A DNA stretch of 64,000 nt from Octopus sinensis (GCF_006345805.1 NC_043011.1:41304464-41368463); one strand, 5' to 3'. Shown: positions 12,561-25,844, counted from the first letter of the stretch. Notes: a model not told the origin generated them from the letters alone. Numbers and translations: made by a program.

Positions 12561-13446
12561 TTAATAAACGTGTTTTTACCCTTTACGTGTAATAAACCGC
12601 AATGTGTGTCTCATCGGTCGTGCTTGGGGAAGAAGAGTAAAACAACAAATAAGTGGAAGTGAGTAACAGTCAGAGGCAATAAAGCAGGCGAACAGCATTC
12701 AAGAGTTTTGCTCTAAAGACACTGCTATTTTAGTCAAAATAAAAGTACAAATTTTTATCGTAAATTCTGTTTAGTTTCTCAGTTACGCGCGCGCACACAC
12801 TCACACACAATATATATGTGAAATTAAATACTAAACACTTGTTTTCAAAACATCGTTCACTTAACATATATATATATATATATATATACACATACATACA
12901 TATATATATAGTATATGTATATATCTATATATATAAAACTCAACTTGTGTGTTTAACTTCCCGGCACATCTCCTCCTAGCCAACAAATCGTAGAACCACC
13001 AAAAATAGGTCACCTAAAGTTTAGGCGAATGAAAATTGAACTGCGCTATTTCTGTTCCGAAATTCATCTCGCAAGTGCAAAAATCGATAATGTGTTTGTT
13101 TAGGCCTTATCCCATGCATTGAATAGTGAACTTTACTCAGTCAGCTGTTTGACGTGAACTGTGTTCACCACGCATGCAAGCATGCGTAAATTGCATGAAA
13201 AATAAAAATATAAAAACGAATCGCCGTAAACATACATACATACATACATGCATACATACATACATACATACATTCATGCATGCATACATACATACATACT
13301 ACATACATACATACATACATACATACATACATACATACATACATACATTGTACAATACAAATAAGAAGATAATATTTTTTCGAACGCAGAGTTGCCCGGT
13401 ATTTCTGCTGTTCTAACAGCAGAAATACCGGGCAACTGTACACTTG

Positions 13447-14319
13447 TGGAGGTATCCAAAAGTAACCGGAAACGTTCTTTGTGGGACAAACTCGTTGTAG
13501 TTCAGGCATCCGCCGCTAGAAGTCACTTGATGCGGCGACCGTTTGCTGACCACCATCGTCGAGTGAAATCATTCTGCTACGTGGTGCATCTTTATCTTGC
13601 AGTACTTCCCCCCTGTTTATCGATTTTTGCGACGGGTGAAACGAACATCGTGCTTCCGTAATATTCTGTTTTCTGCTCGGGAAATCGGCAGCCGAAACAA
13701 TAGTCATGCTTCAGACAGCTTACGAGGACGCTGCCATGAGCAAAACACAGTTTTACGAATGGTCACTTGTCCCTTGAAGACCAATCTTATTCAGGGCATC
13801 CGTCAGCCTTCCGAACGAATGAAAACATCATGAAAATTCCTGAACTGATCATGGAGGACTGTTACCGAACAATTGACGAATTTGTTGATATGACTGATGT
13901 GTCCTGGAGCTCCTGCCAACGAATTTTGAGCGAGGAATTGCGAATGAAAAAAGAGTTGCAGCAAAATTTGTGCCTCGCTTGCTCAAAGAAGATCAAAAGC
14001 AGTCACGGCTGAATGCGTGTCATGAACTGAAAGAACAGTTGGAAGCTGATCTGAACCTGTTTTTGAAGGTCATTTCTGGTGACAAAAGCTGGTGCTACGG
14101 AATTTGCTGATGTGGAAGAGGTGAAGACAAAAACGACGGAGGCGTTAAAAGGCATCACTTCGCTAGAGTTCCAGGACTGCTTCGAACAGTGAAAAACGCG
14201 CCTGGACCGATGCATTGCTTCAAATGGAGAATACTTTGAAGGCGATAAAAGTGTAGACATGTAAAACTAAGTGAATAAAATTACATTGCAAAAATTCCAG
14301 TTTCTTTTGCCTCCCCCTC
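13447..14319 (+). mobile_element. Mariner transposon fossil with internal deletion
   Basis: Frameshifted transposase: GKSAAETIVMLQTAYED, SWSSCQRILSEELRMK, AKFVPRLL, KVISGDKSWCYG, fused to FADVEEVKTKTTEALKGI..RLDRCIASNGEYFEGD. Degenerate TIRs at both ends. Confidence 0.9.
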
Positions 14320-14329
14320 CCCACCTCGA

Positions 14330-14383
<54 letters not shown>

Positions 14384-14396
14384 ATATATATATATA

Positions 14397-14843
14397 TATA
14401 TAAAATAGTAAAGAGTGAAAAAACGACAGAAGGCTTAAATGTTAAAAAATATATATGTTTGCGTCAATATGTCTGAAGAATATTAGAAAATTTTTTAAAC
14501 AAATTTTTTTTTTTTTTTTTTTCCTTTATAATGACATAATTTTTAAAGAAAGACCGGTTTCGCATTTAGCTTTTCAAATAAGGTACCTTCCCTTATTTAG
14601 AACTCTCTGGAGCTTAAACACAAGGATAACTCTATTAAACATAAACATAACGTCACAAGAAATTTGAAAAGCTAAATGCGAAACCGGTCTTTCTTTAAAA
14701 ATTATGTCATTATAAAGGAAAAAAAAAAAAAAAAAATTGTTTAAAAATTTTCTAATATTCTTCAGACATATTGACGCAAATATATATATTTTTTAACATT
14801 TAAGACTTCTGTCGTTTTTTCACTCTTTACTATTTTTTATATA
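14397..14843. repeat. Near-perfect ~180-bp inverted repeat with an 82-bp spacer (Penelope pLTR-like)
   Basis: Arms 14397-14579 and 14662-14843; each carries a hammerhead-like gc-taaat-gc-GAAACCGGTC. Confidence 0.9.
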
Positions 14844-14877
14844 TTCACCCACGTGCTTTCACAAACCAACTTTCTTA

Positions 14878-14936
<59 letters not shown>

Positions 14937-14940
<4 letters not shown>

Positions 14941-15423
14941 GAAATATGTTACGAAAAGAAAATATAAAATACACGTGGAAATGTAAGGGTAAAATATGAA
15001 AAATCAACGAAAATGCACATTGCAAATAAAAAAAGGCTATTTATGACAGGTAACGACAGATATATACATTTAGATTGACTGAGGTAGTAATACGAGTCAT
15101 AAAAGTCATTATTATGAGATGATTATAAGATGATAATAAAGTAAGAGAACAAAACGGACCATGGTTTACGCGAAGTATTCATCGTTTGAACAACACCGGT
15201 TGATATACGGTGTCAGGTCTAATAGTTCCCGAGAAAAAAGATTATTTGTAAGGGTAAGTAGTTCTGGATTATTTGTAAGGGAGGTAAGTAGTTCTGGATT
15301 TAGAGATGTGAGTGGTGTAGGAAGTGTATAGGGATTAGTGGTTTTAATTGAAGAGTTAGTGGTGTTCTGTATTGAGTTTTGTGTTCATGTTTAGTTGGGG
15401 GAGAAATTTATTGATGAAAACTG

Positions 15424-15424
<1 letters not shown>
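14937..15424 (-). mobile_element. Penelope-like element 3' fragment
   Basis: Minus strand begins FINKFLPQLN, like the end of Penelope GIY-YIG domains, followed by a pLTR-like AT-rich tail. Flanked by (TA)n. Confidence 0.55.
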
Positions 15425-15458
<34 letters not shown>

Positions 15459-15690
15459 TAGGGTGAGTCAAAAAGTAATGCCATTTTGTTTAGGGCAGGT
15501 ATAATTACCAACACAGGAACATGTATCATACATCAAAATGAAGCCGGTCCTCTGTGGATCACATCCCTACTTCTCAGCATAGTCACCGTTTCTCTCAGTA
15601 GCAATGTTCCACCTTCGAATGAGAGCATGCATTCCTGCCCCGTAAAATTCTGTTGACTGTTCTTTGAGCCACTTCTTCCCTACCTCCATA
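15459..15690 (-). mobile_element. Mariner 3' end with TIR
   Basis: Minus-strand KWLKEQSTEFYGAGMHALIRRWNIATERNGDYAEK*; TIR agggtgagtcaaaaagtaatgcc resembles the TIR at 44609. Confidence 0.85.
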
Positions 15691-16479
15691 CTCGCCAGAT
15701 TTAGCGTCTTCAGACTATCATCACTTCGGCATCACAAAAGAGGGTTTGAGAAGCAAATTTTTTTAACTTTTTGCCTAGGGCGAGCCCATAGCAATATAAT
15801 ATCTTCTCCACTATTTCAGTATTACGTGTTAAAAGTGAAACAAAAACATTTCTCTATTTTATGTCAGATACTTTCGCCTTAACAATAAAAATTAGAGATA
15901 ATAATAACAATTGAATTATATGTAGTAAGTAATAATTAAAATCAAACTAAAGTATAATATAATCGTAACTTAACAAAAGTAAAAATAGCAATTGGTATAA
16001 AATTACATCAATGACTTGAACTTGAATAAGTGGTTTCACATGAATGGGAATAGATTAAAAATAAAATTAGTGTGCAGAAATGGAATAGTCCAGATGGAGC
16101 TGTGCACATACCGTTTACCACGGCTTTTACATTAGATTATCTGCTAATTAGCTAGCATTAAGTACCTATGTGAAGTTTGGCTGTATGTAATGTCTGTTTT
16201 CTTGAACAGCCGCTTCTACTGAGTACTGCTGTTGGTTTATTTCTTATACATAAAGGACTATAGCTTCAACTGCGTACTGCTTTTTGATTCACTGTAAGGT
16301 TTGTTGTTATTATTACTGTTTAACTATTGTTATCACGTTTGTTGGTTTCTCGTAAGGGAAACGTTGTTGTGTTGCATTTGTTAAATAATTGTAAACTGTA
16401 ACCCTCCCCCTTTGGGAGAAGGGGCTTTGGTTATTGTTTAAAAATTGAATTGTGTCCCTGTTTGGGGAAATTGACAATA

Positions 16480-17040
16480 TTTTCACCGTTTATACGGAAG
16501 CATTTTTGTTAGAATACCTTCGATAGAAGAAAGTCCAAAAACGAATTTCGCTGTAGCCGTCGCGGGCGCGAACTCATTAAAATTAAAATGGAAGAAATAC
16601 AAACCTATTTCGGATTGATCACCGACAAAGACGGTGAATCTAGGATAACACCGCCAAACGAAATAAAAAATTAAATTAAAGAAAAGACTATTGTCTATAA
16701 AGTATACAATGTTGAGAAAAAAAAAGATTTGAACACCTGGAGGAAAGCACCATCGAAAAGTGTCTAGGTGCGACTATGAAAGATATCAAGTATCTAACTA
16801 GAGGCGGTAAATTCGCCACAAGGTTCGAGTCAACGGAGTGTGCAAGAGAGTACTCGACTCGAACCTTGCAAAGTGGAAATATTTTATTTTTACCTTTATA
16901 TCTGGGACGTAAGACGTCCCGGATAAAAATTTAAAATGTCCCCCCCCCCAGAAGTAGAGGTAGGCTGGACTGTAGCCACATTTCTATACAAGAGGGAGGA
17001 CAAGATACAATTGATCGAAATTGCCAGAGACGGGCCTACA
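16480..17040 (+). mobile_element. Probable L1/Tx1-type LINE 5' region with degenerate ORF1
   Basis: CpG-rich leader then broken frame MEEIQTYFGL..KYLTRGGKFATRFEST..LFLPLYLGRKTSRIKI*NVPP.EVEVGWTVATFL, reminiscent of gag-like ORF1. No RT present. Confidence 0.45.
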
Positions 17041-17259
17041 ATTCCAGTCTGTTATATATTTTGAGTATTGTTATCACTAGCGATATCAAGATATAACTTT
17101 GTATTTTGTATTTTATGTGTAGATGTATATATATAGATGTGCATGTAATATGTACACACACACATATATATATATACATATATACATATACACATATATA
17201 TATACACATATATACATGCACTAGCACTATGACCCGGCAACGACGGGTCATAATGCTAG

Positions 17260-17290
<31 letters not shown>

Positions 17291-17346
17291 TGATTGATTG
17301 ATTGATTCTAGTTTCAGCTTATGAGCTGTGGCCATGCTGGGGCACC

Positions 17347-17389
<43 letters not shown>

Positions 17390-17390
17390 G

Positions 17391-17422
<32 letters not shown>

Positions 17423-17453
17423 GTATATATACATATACACACACATATATATG

Positions 17454-17493
<40 letters not shown>

Positions 17494-17584
17494 CACACAC
17501 ACACATCTACGCACAAATACATGCATACATACAAACTTTAAATATCAATGTAAGCCCTATGACTGCATTGCCTCTATTAATTGC

Positions 17585-17631
<47 letters not shown>

Positions 17632-17689
17632 TGTGTGTGTGTAATAAGAATTGTAATAAATGGGGTTTACGAAAAGTACAATATAACAA

Positions 17690-17978
17690 AGACATCTGCA
17701 CCCGCCACCACCACCACTACCACCGCCACAGACAATTCCCCACCACCCCGCCACCATGACCACCACCACCACCTGCACCAACACCACCATGAAGAACAAC
17801 AACAATAATACCACCAGCACCACCACCACCATCATCACTGCCGCCGCCGCATCAGCCATCATAGTCAACAGTAGCGACAATACTACCACCACCAGCACTG
17901 CATCCGGCCCCCCCACCATCTTACCAGCCGCACCAGCACCACCACCACTATCACCATTAACAGTACAAGTACCACCAC

Positions 17979-18023
<45 letters not shown>

Positions 18024-18238
18024 TACCACCGCCACCGCCACCACTACCACCGCCGCCGCCTCTACCACAACCACCACCGCCACCGCCGCCACCACCACCA
18101 CCGCCACCACCACTAACAACAACAACAACAACAACAACAGCTATTCTCTCCAGTGCAATGAACACCAATTTTTCACAACTCTATCGAGGTGTGGTGGGAC
18201 GGTTTTTTTTCTTTCTACTCCTTATCGTTTTCGTGGTG

Positions 18239-18274
<36 letters not shown>

Positions 18275-18860
18275 GCGTGCGCGTGTGTGCGTCTTCTCTA
18301 ATTATACCATTTTTCTTCAAATACAATTTATTTTTCTTTAGTTTCTGTTTAAGAAAAATCATGAAAAGAAATCATCGTCGTCATCGTCATCACCACCACC
18401 ACCACCATCATCATTATCATCACCGCCATCGTCATCATCATTATCATTATCATTATGAACATTATCATGATCATGATCATCATCATCATCATTATCACCA
18501 CAACCACCACCACAACCACCACCACCACCACTACCACCATCATCATCATCATCATTATCATCACCGCCATCGTCGTCATCATTATCATTATCATTATGAA
18601 CATTATCACGAACATCATCATCATCATCATCATCATCATCATTACCACCACCAACACCACCACCACCACCACCACCATCATAATCATCACCGCCATCGTC
18701 ATCATCTTTGTTGTTATCATTGTTGTTATAAACGATGGAAAATATATTTTGCAGTCTTTGCGACGCGATTAAAGATTTGATAAATAATAATAATAATAAT
18801 AATAACAATACAATTGTAGTTGTTTGTTATTGTTGTTGTTGATGTTGTTGTTGTCGTTAC
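17690..18860. repeat. Compound trinucleotide low-complexity block (ACC/GCC/AAC/ATC)
   Basis: Read directly; generates the poly-Pro, Gly, His and Thr ORFs. Confidence 0.9.
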
Positions 18861-19521
18861 AGTTGTTGTATTTCCAGTTGTTTTCCCACGTATAAATCTT
18901 GTTTCTGTAATTCCTCTTTAAGTCAAACGAACCATTTCAATTCTTCCGTTGAATTCTTTATAAAAGTAAAACAGAAGAAAAAAACAAACGAACATAAATA
19001 TGAATATAAAACAATAAAAAATAATAAAAAAAACAAAAAATTAAAAAAAAATTGAAGTAAAGCGTAATTAAAAGGAGAAAAAAAATGTAAGATATCACTA
19101 TAACCTTCCCCGCTCCTCCACCACCAAATAAAATAGAATTAAAAAATATAACAGTTTTTAAATAAATCAAAATAACAAAGCATCTCTCTCTCTCTCTCTC
19201 TCACCTCATCCACAAACACTTTACAAAGATCCGTGAAAAAAATTACAAAAAACAAACAAACAAAAGAAAAACAAACAAAAACTAAAAAAGGGACACAATC
19301 ACTACCAACGCCTAAATTCATACCAACGAAATACTTAATCATTTTATATCCCCTCTCAGTTATTTTTACATTTAAAAAAAAAATGATTATTATATATAAA
19401 TAATATGTATTTATTTGTAAATGCATTTTTGTGATGTGTCGTTTTATATTTTATAAACAATAGCTCTGATGTCTTTATTGTTATGCTATTGTGTCTGTTG
19501 TTGTTCTTCTTCTTAATAAAA

Positions 19522-19580
<59 letters not shown>

Positions 19581-19730
19581 TATTTGAATCGAATTACGAC
19601 AAACTTCATTTTACCCTCCTCTTACTACCCCTATTTCTTCTACCTTATCCACCCCTCCTCAACCTCTTCCTCCTCCCCCACCTCCTTTCTCTCCCCACTG
19701 CCGTCCTCTCTTCTTCTTCTTCTTCTTCTT

Positions 19731-19762
<32 letters not shown>

Positions 19763-20179
19763 AATTCGTCTAGTTAGATGAACGATACCAACTTTTTCTA
19801 AGTGCCGAAATTGTAATGGTTCTGAGTAAAAAGTTGGCTGATGAAATGTGTTTATCGATGTCTATTATCTATCCTAATATACACAATCATGTTTCTCATT
19901 ACAAATAATTCGATCCCTTTCATTTAACCTCTTTTTTCCAGTCATCTCGCCATGTTGGACCATTGAACTCTGCATAATTTCTTTCTCTCTCCGTTTTTTG
20001 CATTCTCTCCCCATTTTTTTCTCTTCATGCTTTCTGTTGAATAGGCGTAGGCCCGAAACACAAAACTTTCCCGAGCGTTAACTAATAATACACTTGCTTG
20101 TTGTTCCTACACCTGTCTTCATTTTTTGTTTCGTGTGTAAATTTGAACTATATATAATAGATATATATATATATATATA

Positions 20180-20244
<65 letters not shown>

Positions 20245-20369
20245 GTATGTATGTATATTGTATGTATGTATGTATGTATGTATGTATGTATGTATGTATG
20301 TTATTAGTATGTATATAATATAATAGTGATACATACATATATATATATATATAAATTATATATCTATAT

Positions 20370-20410
<41 letters not shown>

Positions 20411-20561
20411 CGAGAAGTTTGGGTTTTAAGCGATAATGGTGTCATTGAGACCCAAGGTGTCAGGTAATGCTGAATAAGTGCTATAGACAGACCATAGTTA
20501 AGTTCCAGATTCGGTAATATTGCGAATAAAGGGTTCAACGTTGGTTCCATGTCAGCGTGTG

Positions 20562-21065
20562 TATATAAGAATTTTTGCGTAATAAGATAAAAAAAACCAA
20601 GGGTATATAGATATTAGAGCATTTATAGATAGAAGGTCTTACAACTGTTTCTAGGATATTTATCAGTTATATCCCTTCATCGGAGACGGTGTGAGAGGAA
20701 GTTAAGTCATAGTTAGTTTAGATGTGATACAATCCTATATTGCTTATAAACTCTATATTTGGAAGAACTCATTTTAAACTCTGTTGGACTTTTGGACATT
20801 ACTCAGAGGATATTGGACCATTGCATATATACCATTATGCCTATAAAATGGATTTACAATACTCATACATATCTTGCATCTATTTTCTTTCCTCCACCTC
20901 ACTCTCTATTTTGTATCATTAATTATCCTCTCATACCGTCTCCGATGAAGGGATATTATTACTAAATATCCTAGAAACAGCTGTAAGACCTTCTATCTAT
21001 AATTGCTCTAATATCTATACAGCTTTGGGCTTTTTTATCTTATTACGCAAAAAAATTCTCATATA
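20562..21065. mobile_element. Penelope-like fold-back unit with two oppositely oriented hammerhead motifs
   Basis: Arms ~20562-20698 and 20926-21065. Plus-strand motif 20938-20989 gtct-CCGATGA-agggatat..atatcct-a-GAAAC-agct-GTA-agac; mirror copy at 20636-20687. Confidence 0.8.
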
Positions 21066-21205
21066 TATATATACATATATATAGTTATACACACATGCAC
21101 ATACATGCTTACATACATACATACATACATACATTACATACATACATACTACATATATATATATATGTGTTATATATAGTATATATGTGTATGTATGTAT
21201 ATATA

Positions 21206-21237
<32 letters not shown>

Positions 21238-21287
21238 CTATATATATATATAATATATATATATAGGTATATATATGTGTATGTATA

Positions 21288-21324
<37 letters not shown>

Positions 21325-21701
21325 AAAAACACTCATGGGATTCCTCGCGCTAGAAAGAACAGCTAGATTCTATACCACAAGATTACGGATAAAATCCCGA
21401 AAGGAACGAAATGAAAATATAAAAACTTTTACCATCTAGTTTCCTAGCATTTCGCCCGTTTTTACGTTCTGTGTTCTAATTCTGTCGACGTTGACATTGC
21501 CGTTTACATTTTCGGGGGATCGTACTGAACTCAATGCGATCGCCTTTCATGTTCCACCAAAATTCCAGACGTTGCAAGTATACAGAATAGGATGCAGACA
21601 ATACAGAGGCCATAAAAGCTATAGTTTATAAATACAAAATAAATTATATATATTATATATATATACATATACATATATGCATATACATATATATATATAT
21701 G

Positions 21702-21757
<56 letters not shown>

Positions 21758-22324
21758 TAGATTTATATATACATAATATAATAGTGTATGTATGTATGTA
21801 TACGTACAGCGTGAAGATTAATAGCCAGGTAAATGATAATCTTGTTAACAAGAATACATCGTAGACATTTAGACGGTTTGTCTTCTGTTTATAAAAACTC
21901 AAACTCAATAATTCTTGACAAATATTATCTAATGGCAACGTTCCAGTGTTTTTATCGTCTGTTTTATTGATAAATAACACACACGTTATTACGCCATTAA
22001 ATCTACGGTATTTCATTGTTTGTTCTTTGCTTAAAGAGGAGTTTGTTCTGGAAGACTGACCAGACAGATACATTGCCAGACAATGGGGTCTTTACGGGGT
22101 TGTATGATTTAATAGAAATAGAAGCTGAATCTCCCTTATCATGCAAACACAAAGAAACAACTTATTTGATAACGTATTTCTATTTATCTACAAACAAACA
22201 TACCTACACACATGCACAAACGTATATGTATGCAATGCATGCATGTATTTACGTATGTATGTACGTGCGTACGTATGTATATATGTATGTATTTGTATTT
22301 ATGTATTATGTATATATATATATA

Positions 22325-22362
<38 letters not shown>

Positions 22363-22389
22363 CAGACTAACAGACAGACAGAGACACAC

Positions 22390-22469
<80 letters not shown>

Positions 22470-22470
22470 G

Positions 22471-22504
<34 letters not shown>

Positions 22505-22506
<2 letters not shown>

Positions 22507-22688
22507 TGTTTCTTTATTAGCCACACAGGGCTGCCACACAGACGGGACAGATTACAAAGTACAGCTTTTCTTTTGGTGAGAAAAAAAAAGTGGGGTAGGT
22601 TTTCGATCAAAGGGATCGTAAAAGGAAAGAAAAAACCAATCAATAGGGATCGTGTATCACAGAAATATCATGATGTAAAGTGTAACAG

Positions 22689-22690
<2 letters not shown>
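22505..22690 (-). mobile_element. Retroposon 3' end inserted in a (GATA)n tract
   Basis: Unique 185 bp with (GATA)n on both sides; minus strand ends ctgtgtggctAATAAAgaaacat. Confidence 0.55.
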
Positions 22691-22737
<47 letters not shown>

Positions 22738-23234
22738 GATAGATAGATTAGAATAGATAGATTTTAAAGTAAAAATGAAAGGGCAAACATTTGGCTTCAC
22801 TTGAAAAGGACATTTAATTTAGACAGAGAATATAAACATAGAGAGTCTCTTACAGCTTTTTCTAGAATTATCAAGCTCGTGGCCCATCATACTGAATAAG
22901 GACCTCTGTCTGGCGTATGACAGATTTGATTATTCATCGTTGGTCAAGTGGATAGGATCCTGGGCCTCGATAGTTGCAACTGGATTTAGGCTTTTGGTAC
23001 TGACCACGTGTAAGGATACTCTTCATATTGAGGCAGTAGCTATATGGTAATTTCACAGAACGCCTATAAAATAGAGTGGATGTATACTGTCAACTTAACG
23101 TGACAGTCCTGTAGGGGAATTACACCACCGCTGATTAGCCTCCTGAAAACTTGCTGAAAGTTTTTATATTAAGAGAAAAGGAAGGGGGCGAACCAAGATA
23201 ACTTTCCTTGACCTATTGTTAGGTTTCTTCTTAT

Positions 23235-23471
23235 TCTTATTTCTTTATTGCCCACAAGGGACTAAACATAGAGGAGACAAAGAAGGACAGACAAAGGGAT
23301 TAAGTAATTACATCGATCCCAGTGCGTAACTGGTACTTAATTTATCGACCCCGAAAGGATAAAAGGCAAAGTCGACCTCGGCGGAATTTGAACTCAGAAT
23401 GTAACGGCAGACGAAATACGGCTACGCATTTCGCCCGGCGTGCTAACGTTTCTGCAGCTGCTCGTCGCCTT
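23235..23471 (-). mobile_element. OK-like SINE, full length
   Basis: Reverse complement of 7558-7791. Confidence 0.88.
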
Positions 23472-23580
23472 ACTTCTTTAATACTTCTAATTAATACTGG
23501 ATTGGTTAGGTATTATTTTACCTTTGATACCTCTAGATCTATTATTAATATTTTGATTATTATTAGAGAGATTATATATA

Positions 23581-24000
23581 GGCGCAGGAGTGGCTGTGTG
23601 GTAAGTAGCTTGCTAACCAACCACATGGTTCCGGGTTCAGTCCCACTGCGTGGCATCTTGGGCAAGTGTCTTCTGCTATATTCCCCCCCGGGCCGACCAA
23701 TGCCTTGTGAGTGGATTTGGTAGACGGAAACTGAAAGAAGCCTGTCGTATATATGTATATATATATATGTATGTGTACGTGTGTTTGTGTGTATGTGTGT
23801 GTTTGTCCCCCTAGCATTGCTTGACAACCGATGCTGGTGTGTTTACGTCCCCGAAACTTAGCGGTTCGGCAAAAAGAAACCGATAGAATAAGTACTGGGC
23901 TTACAAAGAATAAGTCCTGGGGTCGATTTGCTCGACTAAAGGCGATGCTCCAGCATGGCCGCAGTCAAATGACTGAAACAAGTAAAAGAGTAAAAGAGTA
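23581..24000 (+). mobile_element. tRNA-derived CORE-like SINE with internal (TA/TG)n microsatellite, full length
   Basis: Head ggcgcaggagtggctgtgtggtaag..gggttcagtccc, CORE-like atcttgggcaagtgtctt, (gtaaaaga)n tail. Near-identical copy at 57735-58140. Confidence 0.88.
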
Positions 24001-24164
24001 TAGATTTCTCTTTGAAGCCACTACTGGCCAGAGCATTGTTACAATAGAGGCAACTTTCTCGATAATTTCTTTAGAAGTGAAGTTAGACACACTGCTACTT
24101 GATATTAGCGATCGCGATTCTTCTCTTGTTCAGTCTAATTTTAGTTCGTTACGATACGTGGTTT

Positions 24165-24217
24165 GCGCCTGAAGAATATGTTCGAGTTTTCTCGACATAT
24201 GAAACTATTAGTAGAGC
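24165..24217 (+). ncRNA. Type-I hammerhead ribozyme motif
   Basis: gcgc-CTGAAGA-atatg(t)tcgag-tttt-ctcgacatat-GAAAC-tatta-GTA-gagc; 10-bp stem II, one mismatch in stem I. Confidence 0.7.
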
Positions 24218-24369
24218 TTTAATACATGTATTGTGACCTTTAAATAAATAATATTTATCTCTCAGCAGATGGAGTATTTTTTTTGTTGAATTTTCTCTCA
24301 CGTATCAATACATTATTATCATATATATATATAGTATATATATATATAGATATATATTATATATTATTA

Positions 24370-24621
24370 TTTTACTTGTTTCAGTCATTTGACTGGCGCC
24401 ATGCTGGAGCAACGCCTTTAGTCTAACAAATCGACCCCAGCAATTATTATTTGTAAGCCTAATACTTATTCTATCCGTCGCTTTTGCCGACCCGCTAAGT
24501 TACGGGGACGTAAAAACACCAACATCAGTTGTCAAGCGACGGTGGGGACAAACACGGACACACAAATACATACATACACATACATACTACATACATACAT
24601 ACATACATACAAAAATACATA

Positions 24622-24660
<39 letters not shown>

Positions 24661-25382
24661 TTAATCCAACCAAGAAAACACAGAAAAAAAGAGAAAAAAA
24701 GGAGAAAAAAACACAGCAACGCAGGACGTGAAACAATAAAGTATTATTGACGCTCAGGAAAGAAGGGAAGAAGGGTTTAACGTTTCGAGCGGAGCTCTTC
24801 GTCGGAAACAAGGAGAAGGAAAGACCCAAAGAGGGAAGACAGAGGAGAAAATATTGAGCTGGTGGTGCTTAAGAGATCACATGTTGAAAGAACAGAATTT
24901 TGAAGGTAGTTGAAATATGGTTTTAATAATGCAAAGAGTTCCAAAAAAAGGAATGCCTGTGTGTGTGTGTGTGTGTGGCAGATGATAAGTGTGTTTGTGC
25001 GTGCGTGTGTGTGTGTGATTTTTTGGTGAATAAAAGCAATGATAAAGCCAGCTGTGAGGATGACTACTAGCTGTTTGTGTCAAAGCCGGGTCAAAAAAAA
25101 CAAAGGGCTATATTTATCATGTATGTGTGTTGTTTGTAGTGTGTGTGTGTGTGCATGTGTGTGTGTTCGTGTGTGTATGCGTAGAGTGTGGGTGTGTGGC
25201 GAGAAACTGTTTAACCTAGTACGTGTGTGCTTGCTTCTTTCAGTTTCCGTCTACCAAATGCACTCACAAGACTTTGGACGGCCCGGGGCTATAATAGAAG
25301 ACACTTACCTAAGGTGTCAGGCAGTGGGACTGAACCCGGAACCATGTGGTTGAGAAGCAAGCTTCTTACTGCACAGCCACTC
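24370..25382 (-). mobile_element. CORE-like SINE pieces (3' part 24370-24600, 5' part 25225-25382) separated by a Penelope-like fragment and unique DNA
   Basis: Both parts match the reverse complement of 23581-24000. Confidence 0.7.
24775..24809 (-). ncRNA. Minimal 35-nt type-I hammerhead motif
   Basis: Minus strand gttt-CCGACGA-a-gagc-tcc-gctc-GAAAC-GTT-aaac; perfect stems I and II, palindromic stem III. Confidence 0.72.
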
Positions 25383-25811
25383 ATATATATATATATATAT
25401 AGTCATATATATATATGACTATATATATACATACATATATATATATATGTATGTATATATATATATATAGTTTATATATACATAAACATCATCACCATTG
25501 TCATCATTATCATCGCTGATCGCTACCATAACATCTTCATGCACATACGGTCACCACCACCACCACAACCACTACCACCACCACCACTACCACTACTACT
25601 ACCGCCACTACCATCACCACCACCATCACCACCACCACCATCACCGCCACTTTCATGCGTATATACACATGTATCTACACGTTCTATTGTACATACGTTC
25701 GTATGTGTATGTGTATATATGGTTATATATGTATGTATGTGTTCGTATTTGTGAGTATGTACATGGGCGTATCTGTGTGTTTATATGTATGCGTCTCTCA
25801 GTATCTTTATG

Positions 25812-25844
<33 letters not shown>

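Noticed and set aside
12924-13175. Third Helitron
   Set aside because: Has a TC-tatatatataaaac start but no 3' hairpin or CTAG end was found.
17756-18301. Formin/WASP-like poly-proline ORF, and the poly-Gly ORF on the opposite strand
   Set aside because: Built from ACC/GCC trinucleotide tracts; no flanking domain or convincing splice sites.
19760-19860. Possible minus-strand exon ending at att|gtaag
   Set aside because: Stops just upstream, no clear acceptor and no recognisable peptide.
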